DNA of 64,000 nucleotides from Octopus sinensis (taxonomy: Eukaryota). Shown one piece after another: positions 27,144-40,100 of this stretch. A program made the position numbers and the translations under genes. Location of the stretch: contig NC_043012.1 in the NCBI RefSeq assembly GCF_006345805.1, positions 50,964,001 through 51,028,000 of the forward strand, read 5' to 3'. The notes under the pieces were generated by a model that worked only from the letters and a program-made list of their open reading frames with translations, did no database searches and was not told the DNA's origin. Each line of letters starts with the position of its first letter. The stretch's first letter is position 1.

Positions 27144-27228
27144 CATAAATATGTGTGTGTATTTATATATAGGTATGTATATATATATATATGTGTGTGT
27201 GTGTGCGTGTGCGCTTATGTATATATAT

Positions 27229-27265
<37 letters not shown>

Positions 27266-27297
27266 GTCAAAATAAGCGACAAGGATATCATAAGGTA

Positions 27298-27386
27298 ATG
27301 CAGTACGATCGTTCCATGCGACCCCTTTTACCTGAACAATGCAAACATTACATCAATTCAAAATGTAGTGTAAACTTCAGCTGCAT
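27298..27386 (-). ncRNA. Decayed type I hammerhead ribozyme
   Basis: AUGCAG-CUGAAGU-(58 nt)-GGAA-CGAUCG-UA^CUGCAU. Helix I is a perfect 6 bp and helix III is the same CGAUCG as element B, but there are two core substitutions and poor helix II pairing. Confidence 0.55.
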
Positions 27387-27508
27387 AAAAATATAGGATT
27401 TAGTTAAATTCGAAGGATTCATTAGTATAGTTTTCATTTTATCAAAAATCACAAAGAGGATAAGTAGATAGACAAAGAACTTATTTTATCAAGAACATCA
27501 CATTTGTA

Positions 27509-27572
<64 letters not shown>

Positions 27573-27577
27573 ATATA

Positions 27578-27639
<62 letters not shown>

Positions 27640-29854
27640 TATATATATATATATATATATATATAAGACGATTGCTTAGCTTCGAAATCGCTGTCAACAA
27701 CATTCTTGCTGAACACACAAACTAATATATATACTCACTATATACACAAACAGTTCGAAGCACTGTGGGCTACTTCTGCAATGTCGTCATTTGAATCATC
27801 ATAGAGAAAGAAGCAAACCTGAACAACCTAATATCAATAACATCGTTACAGTTATTCGTATGATTTTCTGCTGTTGTTGTTGTTGTTGTTCAACTTTACT
27901 TTCTTGCATTCTTATATTCCCTGGATCTACAACAACCTGTTTTAATTTTGATGGCATTTCTAATACGTCTATTTTCTCACGGCTTTTATGGCATTTATAT
28001 TACGCCTCTTTTCTCGATCAGATTCTCAAAATTATCGTTATATTATCGATGGCATAAGAAGTAGTCTTATTTATGGATAGCTTGCTACAAAGATTAATGA
28101 TCAAATTTCTCTGATCTCTATAGACAGTATTGTTCTATAAGATTAAGCGATCTGATTTGTAGAAGACTTTTCTTCTGCTAGATTTAATAATAGTGTTAAA
28201 CATTAAGCCTTTTCAAAAATCACATTGACGCACATAGCCTCGTATTCTCAATCCTTTCGATTCATCAATGTTAAAATCATATACATATGTATATAGTTCT
28301 TCTGAGATATGCCTGCTATCTGTTCCCTAGAAATGCAGTGCGAAAATATAGTATTAATTATACAGCACAAAAGTACGATGGATTTAGTCTAAGTTACCAG
28401 ACGGTTGTACAACCTCGTTATCCACTACCTTGATTTTTTTCATCTACTTCCTGAACAGACAATTCCACGTCAGCTCACGCTACTGGAAGTCCATCGTCTT
28501 CTACGTACATTTCTAATCCAATACATGGCAATACAAAACATTAAGAATTTTGGCAAAGATCTTTCAAATCTACGTAGACCATAGACGTTAAAATGTTCAC
28601 ATATGCTGTCATGACTTAGCGCTATTTAGTCATAGGACGATTTTTATAATGAAAGCAATTCCTATATCGACCGTCTTGGGCGATTTCCCCACTACGTTTA
28701 CTCGATTTTATAAACGGTAAGTTTAGATTTTGAATGAGAATTTGTTGCTATGTCGAGTAAAATGAGCTATGAGAGTAAGTGGTCTATCACTGTGTCGTGT
28801 CATTAATAATGAATGATTTTTAAAATATTGCAATACGTCCTAGAGATTTGACTCGCTAACCTTAAGAAGTTAATGTCACTTACTGAAACAACGGCGGATC
28901 ACTGACGACAGATGAAGATGAATGTTAATAAATAGAAGTAGTAAGATAAGAATCATGCATTTATATGTTGTATACAACGGATCATATCCAGAGATAATTA
29001 GAAACTTGGTAACATGTTCCGCTAATATGGTCCAATTCAATATTAATAGTTCACATACTATGATATGTGACGAATTTATTAATTAACTTTGTCACCAATC
29101 GTCCTTCACTGTTTAATAGATCGCTTTGCTCCTTGCTTCTGATTTAAGTGGCTATGATACGAAAGTTTATTATCCCAATCTCAACCCTAACCGAACAGCC
29201 ATGTTACCAGGAGTATCATAGTGGACGTTTTTCGTACAGTTTGTCTTTTGTTCCGTGTACCTCCCACCAGTGTTTTGTGGGCAGGAAGACCATTGGAATT
29301 GAGGTAAGCTACTCATCATTTATTAAAGCACGTCGATCAGAGAATATCACTCTATTATGAAACCAGATATGAAGGGAATGCCATAGAACATTCCGGGGAG
29401 CATTTGCTACCTTCTTAAATTCATGGTGCTCTCACATTCCTGAGAATACAACACATAGAATCTTGCCTTGGCATGTCTTTGGATCATATCAGCAGGATGG
29501 GGAGGATCCTTGAGCTGCTGTGCAAGCCTCCTTCAAACAATAGTTTGAGGTTGTGCACTCGCTGGCAAAGTAAATTCCCGACACACCGTGGAGTTAGTGG
29601 GCGCCGCGCTGACAGTGGGGCTGCGGGCGCAAACCCGAGGGAAGTCGAACACGTGTGCAATAAAATTATGCATGGGCATTGCTGGCATACTGCATGGACA
29701 ATGGTTAGTGATGGGCTTTCTCAGTTGCGAGTAGACACACATCATCATTGTAAGTACGTACATACGCATGTATGTATTATGTATGCATATATATACATAT
29801 GTATACATGTATATACATACATCATACACACAAGCATTCATATATCTATGTATA

Positions 29855-29901
<47 letters not shown>

Positions 29902-30631
29902 GCGAGAAAGAAGCAACAAGAATGGATAGGTTTTTAGTACGATCGTTTCATACAAGGACAGGTTTTATTAAAAGTTGCAAAGATTACAGCATATAAACGA
30001 GTCCCGTACTCATCAGCTAAAATACATGTAAGTTCTCTAGACATCCTAGTGTTTGAGGCTATACTCATGAAGTAATGTAGATAATTAAACAGATTCTAAA
30101 GTTCATTAAAGTTCTTTAAAGATGATGTACAGTCTTATCACAGAATTTTAAAAAAGTTTTGATAGCATCACAGAGAAGGTGACCTAATCCATATGAATTT
30201 CCATAGATATGATGAGGGATTATATACTCACAGAAGACAAATTTATCCATTGTTAATTACAACGAGGTGGGTCTCAATTCCTGCTTATTAGCATTACAGA
30301 GAGGGTGAATTAATCCTTTGTATAGATGCACAGATTCCAATGGTGTAGATGTAAATTTCCAGAGAAATGGAGATGAATTTCATATTCACAGGCGATAAAT
30401 TTTACAATGGTTGAACACAATGAGGTAGGTATCAATCCTTGTTATATGATTAGGTATTTGCCACATTAATCATATTACTGCTATTCACAAGAGGCTGTAG
30501 CTATTTAACTCTTAAAGGCTGAAGGGCTTTCTAGATCGGCCAAGAATAGAGAAGGGAACTTTTAATAAAACCTGTCCTTGTATGAAACGATCGTACTAAA
30601 AACCTATCCATTCTTGTTGCTTCTTTCTCGC
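29902..30631 (-). mobile_element. Hammerhead-bearing non-coding element B with a perfect 75-bp terminal inversion
   Basis: 29902-29976 is the exact reverse complement of 30557-30631. The left flank is (TA)n. There is a full HHR on the minus strand and a 3'-half HHR on the plus strand. No ORF. Confidence 0.85.
29932..30022 (-). ncRNA. Type I hammerhead ribozyme with extended helix II (element B)
   Basis: UUUUAG-CUGAUGA-GUACGGGAC(41-nt loop)GUCCUUGUAU-GAAA-CGAUCG-UA^CUAAAA. Helix I is 6 bp, helix II is 9 bp with one bulge, and helix III is palindromic. Confidence 0.82.
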
Positions 30632-30761
30632 TTATAATCACCCCACATTACTGTATTGTTAAATCAGTATAGTTTTTTTTGGTGCATCTAAGTTAGGTAC
30701 CATATTCAAGTAAATTCTTTTAAATTAACTTGAATCTTTATTGCTCTTTGTATATATATAT

Positions 30762-30790
<29 letters not shown>

Positions 30791-30795
<5 letters not shown>

Positions 30796-31445
30796 CATAT
30801 ATTAGAATTTTCTCTGACTTCTCAGATTTTTGTATGCTGGACTACTGGTTTTAAATTGATATTAAAATTAATATTAATTTATCTCCCTCATTATTTAAAT
30901 ATTGAAATAAATACGTTCTCTAGTAGTAAGCACCAACCGCAGTGAATTATTTACTGCAGCCCTTCGCCTCAGGAATTTATTAGCGCGCCAGAGCCAAGAT
31001 ATTTGAAATTTTATCACTAGTGTAATCGGTAAAACTATACACGTGTATGTACTGGCACGGAAAGCTGGGATAATTTTTTTCAATTTACATTACAATGAAC
31101 GAATGCACTGAAGAAGCACGGACATTTGAATTGCGTAAGTAATTCTTTTGTTAAAGGCCGAAACCGAGGTATGCATTTAATTCTGTTTTTTATATAAATT
31201 TTCATCTGTCCTGCCCGCTAAATTTGGTTCTGGTGTTCGCTGTATTTTTCCTCTAGAGAATTTCCTTGTAGTTTGATCGTTGATGGTCTATTTCTAGCAT
31301 ACGGCCGACTCCCTAGCAGTAAGCCCTGCCAATATATACATATATTAGAATTTTCTCTGACTTCTCAGATTTTTGTATGCTGGACTACTGGTTTTAAATT
31401 GATATTAAAATAAATATTAATTTATCTCCCTCATTATTTAAATAT
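30791..31445 (+). mobile_element. Hammerhead-bearing element C: 543-bp unit with 112-bp terminal direct repeat
   Basis: 30791-30902 equals 31334-31445 (one substitution). (TA)n flanks both sides and an HHR lies at 31101-31178. Confidence 0.82.
31101..31178 (+). ncRNA. Type I hammerhead ribozyme (element C)
   Basis: GAAUGCA-CUGAAGA-...GAAUUGC GUAA GUAAUUC...-GAAA-CC GA GG-UA^UGCAUUU. Helix I is 7 bp and the core is intact. The apical helix II hairpin is 7 bp, but the base of helix II pairs imperfectly. Confidence 0.72.
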
Positions 31446-31715
31446 ATATAAATATATATATATCAATATTAATAATACGGTGATTGTTTCTTGTCAGGAA
31501 CAAAAGGATTAATAGGACTGCTATAGAAGTGCTCTATTGAAAGAGACAAAAATATCAAACTCGTGAAGCGTTCCATATTTTTGGGATAAGTAAATATGGT
31601 TCCCTTCTTAACTATAAGGCTTCTTTTACCTGAATAATAATTTATTTAATAATATTTCTAAACGATGAACTTTTATTTTATTTATATGATATATATTATA
31701 TATTTTTTATATGCT

Positions 31716-31765
<50 letters not shown>

Positions 31766-32099
31766 TATATATTTTTATATACCTATATATTTTTATATAT
31801 TACTTATATTATATTTTTACTTTCTACGTCTATTTTAAAAAAATGTATTTCTTCTGAATAGCTAAAATATTAACTCTAAATTTTTGATGCTAAGAATTTT
31901 TTCTCGCACCTTATTATTATTATGTGCTAGTCTGCTTATACAGATGAATTATATTCCATCTTGCGGGATGTTTATATGTATATTGTATGATTAAATGTTC
32001 GAATTATGAAATGATATGCGGATGACCTTGCATTTATATATATATATATATGCATGTATATATATATATATATTATATATATATATATAATATATATAT

Positions 32100-32140
<41 letters not shown>

Positions 32141-32286
32141 ATCCAAACATGAAAACACACAGAGAAAACACAACAACGCGAGGACATGGAACAAATATAG
32201 TGTTATTGGGTGCTCAGGAAGGAAGGAAAGATCCAAAGACGGGAACACGGAGGAAAAAACCGCCAACGGTACACACGCGGTCACAC
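32141..32286. repeat. Interspersed repeat fragment between (TA)n tracts, related to 43760-43970
   Basis: Same order of motifs (aatcc..aaaacac..aacaac..gga..tatt.g.tgctc.ggaag..aaaga..ggaaaaa..cgccaacg.t.cacac). The central HHR-like segment seen at 43861-43893 is absent. Confidence 0.45.
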
Positions 32287-32302
32287 ACACAGACACACAC
32301 AC

Positions 32303-32335
<33 letters not shown>

Positions 32336-32387
32336 ATATATAATATATATAGATATATATATATATATATAATATATATATATATAA

Positions 32388-32446
<59 letters not shown>

Positions 32447-33307
32447 GTAAATTATTATAAAAATTACAATTTAGGTACTTTCACGCTGGAAACAGCAGCC
32501 AAAACTTGACTCTAAAACCACATTAAATGTTCGTACAGCCCCAGGAGACAAGACAAAAAGACAAAATAAACTAGCAAAAAATTACTAGATAATTCTAGAT
32601 CCCAGACTTCTGACTTTGCATAAGAAATGCTTTGACTCATCAGTGGAATATACAGATAGTAACATAAATACACACACACACACAAATATATATATATATA
32701 CATATAACATACGAATACTTACATATACGAACGTATACATACATATGCACTTATTCACACGACCATTTTTTTTATATTACGTTTATATTATATATATATA
32801 TATATATCTCAAACATGCATGCAACCAGAAATTCTTGAAATTATAAAAATAGAAGAACGGAACTAAAATCATTTTAAGAACAGAACAATTCTTACAGGTA
32901 TGACTCACGATTATTTTCAACATTTTTCTACAATTTTACTTCGATTTTAACAGGCGCGACTGTAGGTGGTAATATATTCATTCTCACCGCTATTCTTTTT
33001 TTAATGGCGTCTCCTTTAGAAACAATAGAATGCGTTGTTTGTTGGGATGAACATTATGATGAATAGTTACTTCTGTGCCTTTCTCTATGAGTATGTGTGT
33101 GTGTGTGTGAGGTGGAGTTCCCTAGCTCGCATTTGTGTGGGTATTTGTAGGATTTTACGTTAGTTTCTCAGCAATTTAAAGATAGATACTCATCTGACAG
33201 CTATGTACTCTGATGTATGTGTCACTCTCATTTGAAATATTGCCGTAGTCTCACAATTCAGCAGGTATTTGGGATTCTGCCATGTTGTCCTCAACTACAC
33301 AAGAGCA

Positions 33308-33342
<35 letters not shown>

Positions 33343-33372
33343 CGTGTGTGTGTGTGGTGTGTGTGTGTGTGC

Positions 33373-33403
<31 letters not shown>

Positions 33404-34174
33404 AGTGTGTCTGTGTGTGTTTGTTTGTGTGTTTGTAATTATGGAATTATGTATGGTGGTGTGCAAGAATTTTTGTTAAGAGGAATGCATATTTAATATA
33501 TGTATTATTACAGTCAGCATTATTCAATATACGTTTCAAAATGTTTAATTTAAGGAATTCTTTTTAGTGTTGAGAAAATCAAGAACAAATTTAGTAAGGA
33601 AAGAAATACGTATATTACTCTCACGTATGTTAAATGAAAATCACATTTAAATATCGCATCGACCAGCCTGAAAGTATTAATTAAAATTTCGGGGATAGGA
33701 AATTCGTGAGTTGATTACAACACAAAATATCAATGATAAATGCGTCTTTTTTAATTAGATTAGGCAAAGAATTGATGATGTTTTATTCCTTTAAGTCTTT
33801 ATTTTTTTTCTTGTTCATCTTCTTGTCGTTAGTGTTGTCCATCTTGATTTCATTATTTCAAGTTGTGACGTGTAGAATGGCCTCACTAACATGAAATACA
33901 ACGAAAAAGTCTAAATCAATAATTAAAATCACGCACACAGACATAAACATAGAATCTCTCTCACACACGCACGTACAAGTACTTCAATTAAATTGTAGAA
34001 TGTTAATACGCTTATGACAACGAACCAAAGTAGGAGGCTCTATTTGGTCACAGAACATGCTGAAAATAGTAACAAAGTTTCACTACAATACCTAATGTTT
34101 ATTAATAAACGACATACTCTATCATTTACATAGAGAAGAAATTGAATACTATCCGGAGTAATCACAGATTTCAA

Positions 34175-34320
34175 ATTTCGGCTCAAGGCCAGCAATTTTG
34201 GGGTAGTTTGTAAATCGATTAAATTAACCCCAGTCATCACGTAGTATATATTTTATTGACCCCGAAAGAATGCAAGGCAAAGTCGACCTTGGCGGAATTT
34301 GAACACAGAGCGTAAATATC
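34175..34320 (-). mobile_element. SINE alpha, partial
   Basis: gacccgaaagaatgcaaggcaaagtcgaccttggcggaatttgaacacagagcgta. Confidence 0.75.
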
Positions 34321-34699
34321 GGATTAATTATCTACCAAAAACGTTTGGTCTTTATGGATATCAAGTCTGTAGCTTGAGCTTTGCCTTGAGCAGTCGCATA
34401 ACTTGAGAGAGGGTTGTGAGGTAGCGATGAGGATTAGGGTTGTGAGTAGAACGAAATTTTGCGGACTACTGTAATAAGCCTTTTACAGAATGTAGGCGTT
34501 CCACTAGGCGGCAATCTGAAGTACTTCCTCAGGTGTCACACACATTAGCTACACTACTGATTCGAAGGCAAAACAACAACACTTATGACAAACATTACCA
34601 TATAGGTTTCAGTATACTTCTAACGTTTGATACATTGTTTTATTCCTACGCAATGATGTTTGTTGTTTCGTATTATCATTTATATCATAGATAGTGATT

Positions 34700-34895
34700 T
34701 CAAATTTTAGAACAAGGCAGCAATTCGGGAGAGAGTGAAAGTCGATTACATAGATCTCCCATGCTCAACTGGTATTTATTTTACCGACTACGAAAGTGAA
34801 CATCGGAGAAATTTGAACTCAAAATGTAAAGACAGACAAAACGCCGCTAAACATATTTCTCTGCGTAATAACGAATCTGCCAGCTCTCCGCCTGA
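34700..34895 (-). mobile_element. SINE alpha, degenerate
   Basis: gtcgattacat...aatttgaactcaaaatgtaaagacagac..ccgctaa...ctgccagctctccgcct. Confidence 0.7.
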
Positions 34896-35392
34896 TTCAT
34901 ACCATTAAAATAATGAATGTTGTCTGAGGTGGCGTGTCGGCATTTCAATACATTTAACACACTTTATATTTGAATTTGATTTAAATGTATACACACAGTT
35001 TTGGTATTAGTTCTCTATCACCGTTCCCATGGAGGGTTTTTCAAGTATACTATTGCTGAATGCAATTAGATGAGGAAGGTTTTTTAGATGTTTGAGAAGT
35101 TTGATATTGTGTTTAGTCATGAATGAAATCCGTGAAGAGAACAACAGACAATGGTATCAAGTTTGCTTATTACTTTTTCACCAAACTTCAAATTTAGCAT
35201 TCCATTGTGGGTATTCGTTAATGTTAGTGTATATAATGAATTATCGCAACAAAATAGTTCACCCTACGTTACCTTGAAACGTGCACATTTTTTCGGTTGA
35301 TCCTAAAATTTAAGAGTCGTTTCCCTTAAACAGTATTATAATCTCATTTTCCAACATTCATGCATACTTCTTTCATAATATATTTCTTTTAT

Positions 35393-35609
35393 AAGGCGGT
35401 GAGCTGGCAGTAACGCTAGCACGCCGGGCGAAATGCATAGCCGTAATTTGTCTGCCGTTACGTTCTGAGTTCAAATTCCGCCGATGTCGACTTTGCCTTT
35501 CATCCTTTCGGGGTCGATTAAATAAGTACCATTTACGCACTGGAATTTATATAATCGACTTAATCCGTTTGTCTGTCCTTGCTTATCCCTTTCTGTGTTT
35601 AGCCCCTTG
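35393..35609 (+). mobile_element. SINE alpha, full length
   Basis: aaggcggtgagctggcag...gagttcaaattccgcc...tttcggggtcgattaaataagtacc...tttagccccttg. Confidence 0.88.
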
Positions 35610-36555
35610 CTTTAGGTGCAATATGCACACTTGTTTATATCGCTAGCAGGGAGACTGCGACGTCACGTGATTTCGATCTTGCTTAGCCTTGTCAATGATG
35701 GACGCTCTACCGTTAGATTTAGCAGCGATTCATCTTCCCACCAGCGATATATCGAATAACGGTGTCAGAAAAGGTGTTTGTGTCACGGTTAGACGTTGAA
35801 ATTGTTTAACAAAAAAGGCACCACATGACCTAGGGGTCTCGCTGCTGGATGTGTGGATGTGGTAGGGATGTACTCTTCGCTAGCGATACAAAAAGAGTGT
35901 ATTTTTCTCAAAAATGCCAGTCTGAGAGATTCTCACATTGTAACAACCGTAGTATAGTTTGTTCTACCAGGACATCCACTTTTAAGTGGGGATAAATATT
36001 ACTTCCCGGTATTAATTCTGCCACTGCGGCTAATAAATGTATATTAACCATAAATATTGCCCCTCGGTATTAATGATGGCTCGGTCGCTAATAAACACCT
36101 TGTTGTATGCCTTTTAAAGCCCGTTCACTATATTCGGTTACCAGGACGTCCACAACAGTACGGAGGTACTTTCGACTGGATTTACTTCAGGAATCTCTTT
36201 GTATCTCTTCAGGAATCTCTCTGTACCTGTACGGTTTACAGGAATATGAAAGATAATGGAATTCACGTGATTGTATTCACTATGATCCATCGTGCACCTG
36301 TACCACGCAAGAGATGCTGTACAAACAGTCGTGATGCATCACGTGAAGATATGTCCCCTCAGGTGACTTGTCAAAATGTATATCGTTTCTTATTCACCGA
36401 TTCGCTTATTTCTATAACAGTTCATTTTGATTCTCTGTGGAAGACCGTAGTACGCTACAACTACCAATATATACATACGTATATGTGTGCGAATATACGC
36501 ACACACAGACACACACACATATATATATATATATGTATATATATATGTATATATA

Positions 36556-36620
<65 letters not shown>

Positions 36621-36656
36621 ATATTATATATATATATATATAATATATATATATAT

Positions 36657-36735
<79 letters not shown>

Positions 36736-36798
36736 TAGATATATGTAGATAGATAGATAGGTATAGATATAGATATACAGCAATAAGAAATCTCTGAG

Positions 36799-36867
<69 letters not shown>

Positions 36868-37128
36868 CGTGGGCCACTGCATCGAACACTTTGAACATAT
36901 AGCATGAATGAACTTACTTCAAACTATATATCAACTATACATGAACTCTAAGATGTCTGACTCCGTTGTGTATTATAAATGAATTTCTTGTGTTTGACGG
37001 CATGAGCTGTCTTTTTTTATATATAACTTTTTTTGATAAGGTTCATTTCAGGAACTGAAACATGTTATAATGTATATATAAAAATTAAAAATTGTATAAT
37101 ATAGCAGCATTTTCGAGCTTCATTTTTT

Positions 37129-37185
<57 letters not shown>

Positions 37186-40100
37186 ATATTCAAGTATGCA
37201 TAAGGTTCATTTGATACATACTCTTACACCTATACACGCATAAATCTTTGATACATACACGGAAATGTATGTACATCAAATGAACTAGGAAACAATACGA
37301 AATATACAAACTGTTACAAGTACACATACGTCTCTTGACATCCAACATCAGATGATTGTTGGTAATTTGTCTGGCTGGAATTAAATACGCCCTAAATTAG
37401 AAATGAAAGAATAATAGAACCCGTGTAAATACACTGTGAATAAGTTCTTTCTTCTTCATGACCTCTGTCAACCAAGGGTTATAAATATTATCATTCTTCT
37501 CTACTTTTAGGAGCTAACTCTTTTCAAACTATGCTGGCGATAAATATTTGCGAAAACCCGGAAGCTCTTCAAAACAGTCAAACAATTGTTTGCCTTTACA
37601 GATATCTTTGCTTCTAGTGTAGTTAATACTTTCCCATAAAGAAATTCGCTGGTAATATATGGCTAGAGGAAACTCTTCGATTTTTGCATGTTTTCTAACA
37701 CAATCGATTAGCGCAAGTGCTGGTCGCAAACAATTATTGGCTTTGATACCAATTCTTTGCCATTTCCATGGCAATAATCTGAATGAACAACATGATAGGT
37801 TACCAGTGATAAAATAATTTGTAATGTGAATAGACAGTCTAATCTGCGTCAGACCTGATTATCAATGCTATTCATTTTACATGGCATGTTTTCCACCCTC
37901 CAGGATGTTTTGCTTCTTCCGAACGAATATTCTAATTACAGCTTCAATATTTCTGCGCGAGCCTAACAGTTAACATTTATAGCTGTGTTACATTTATAAC
38001 ATTTATAGCTGTGTTATTGGACAGCTATCTGTTTGGGTTTATAGCAACATAAAGACTCTAAGATAATGATAAACTGTGTGAGATAGACACACAAAACATA
38101 CACACAAAACATACACACAGACATACACACACATTCACTCAAATACTCGTGCAGTCACACACACCTGCAAGCATACAGAAATGTATGCATGTGTATATAA
38201 AGAAAAACATAGAGCATAAGAAATAATGTGAATGTGTAAGTGTACTAATTTGCCGGCATATAGCTAAATGAACGCAAATGATAATCAGACACACGAAAAC
38301 ATAGCAATTATCAAGTAATATATAATGTCATATAACCACACACGCTTACACACAAATTGGGTCTTCGTCGACAGCTACGATGTGTATTGTGCCACTTGAA
38401 CAAATGAACTACCTACGAGATTAACTATGTGAAACTGGCAAGTGATACCACAAACACGTGGACTATTTTTGCAATTTTCGTCTAAAGTCAGCGTGACACA
38501 GTGTTTGACAACACTTAGCCTGTACCTAGAAGTGGGTGACCACTTCTATGTGATTCAATGCACAAGGCTAGGTGCTACGGGAATTTATGGTAAAATATAT
38601 CGGCGTATGATGCTACGTAAATTCGAACGAGTTCAAAGTCCAGTGACTATGATATGAGCATGTTAACAGTTACACTTTGCGTTTGGTTTTTAATTCTGTT
38701 AGTTGTTTCTCTGGTAGGACTGCAGTCATTTTGGAGCACCGCTTTAATTAATTTTCTCAATGTTTTTCTTTTGTTGCTTTATGGCTAAATATTTGTCTAG
38801 TTGTAGCTCTCCATCTTCCGGGATTGTCTATAAGAGATAATCCAATGAATTTTTTTTTTAGCGTTTCAGTACAGGTAATTTTATATTTCACGTTTTATTA
38901 GATACGCAGTGAAACAATTTAGGATCTTGAATATCAGGTTGGAAAAATAAAGTGTTTTGCACGTGATTTTGGAGATGGTATATTTGGAAACTGAGACTGG
39001 CTGTCAGTTCCTGCATTAGTATTCTCAATTATGCTGTAGTATGGGACATGCCTCTCGCGGATTTTTGCATATATATGAGAGTATATCACACTCTTCGGCG
39101 TTCAAGAGAGAGTAGTGACCCAGAGCTTTCATACGTTCCCAGTTAAAAACGCATAGGACAGAAGTTGTTTTATTGGTGAACGTTCATTCACTTTCTTCTA
39201 TGAGACAAGAGTTTGGAGATCAATAGTGTGCGCAATAATCTAATCTGCTCGGAACTAATGCTTTCCATAGAGTCAGTATAACTACTGGTTTATTTATTAT
39301 GATGCTGCGTGGGATCTATCTTATTTGAAGTGTGCATCTGGAGGTCAGTGCGGTGATGTATCGTTTGACATGATTGCGCCAAAGTCCCGGATGTCATAAG
39401 TACTCAGGCACTTTGTCTCATATAATGTCAGCTAATATATACCTGTGTATGCATATATGTGTATACATGCATACACATATATGTAAGTGTGCTTGTGTGC
39501 GTGCGTGCGTGTGTGAGTGTGTATACATATGCACATACATATATAGGTGTGTGTGCCTGTGAATATATGTATATGAATGCTACATAAAGAATCTCCATTT
39601 TTGTACAAACTGATGTTAGGAGAAATCCATTAGGGCTAGTGTGAGGAAAACGGGCCACTAAATCGAATAAAAAATAAAATGCATAGAAAATACTCTTGCT
39701 ATTTTAAACGTTATAACACGCCCACATATTTCAGTAAATCGACATCAAGTTTATATTAGTGTTTGACAAGAATGCATAGTTTTCTTTGTTCCCACCTTCA
39801 GCATTCTTCACGATAAATACTAAAAATAGCGTAAAGTTCGCTCTCATACTTATCCTCTTTCTGCAAAGCTCCCATATCAACAATGGTGCGCTGCAGTGTA
39901 AAGTGACTGAATACGAAGTTTTGGCACAAGGCCAGATATTTGGGGGAGGGGTTTAGGCGATCACATCGACCCTACTGTTTAACTGGAACTTATTCTATCG
40001 ACCCAAATCGACCTCAGTAAGCATGGACAATTTAAGTAAGCATGGTAGAATTTTGGCCAGCGTGTCAACGATTCTGCCAGCTAATAATAGAGGATAGAGA

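Noticed and set aside
29192-29300. Signal-peptide-like frame that could be opened by A-to-I recoding of a TAG
   Set aside because: The same frame hits TGA before the splice donor, so recoding would not yield a continuing protein.
32620-32650. Hammerhead 5' half (ATTCCA-CTGATGA-GTCAAAGCAT) on the minus strand
   Set aside because: No matching GAAA, helix III or helix I 3' arm follows. It is counted only as a half-motif.
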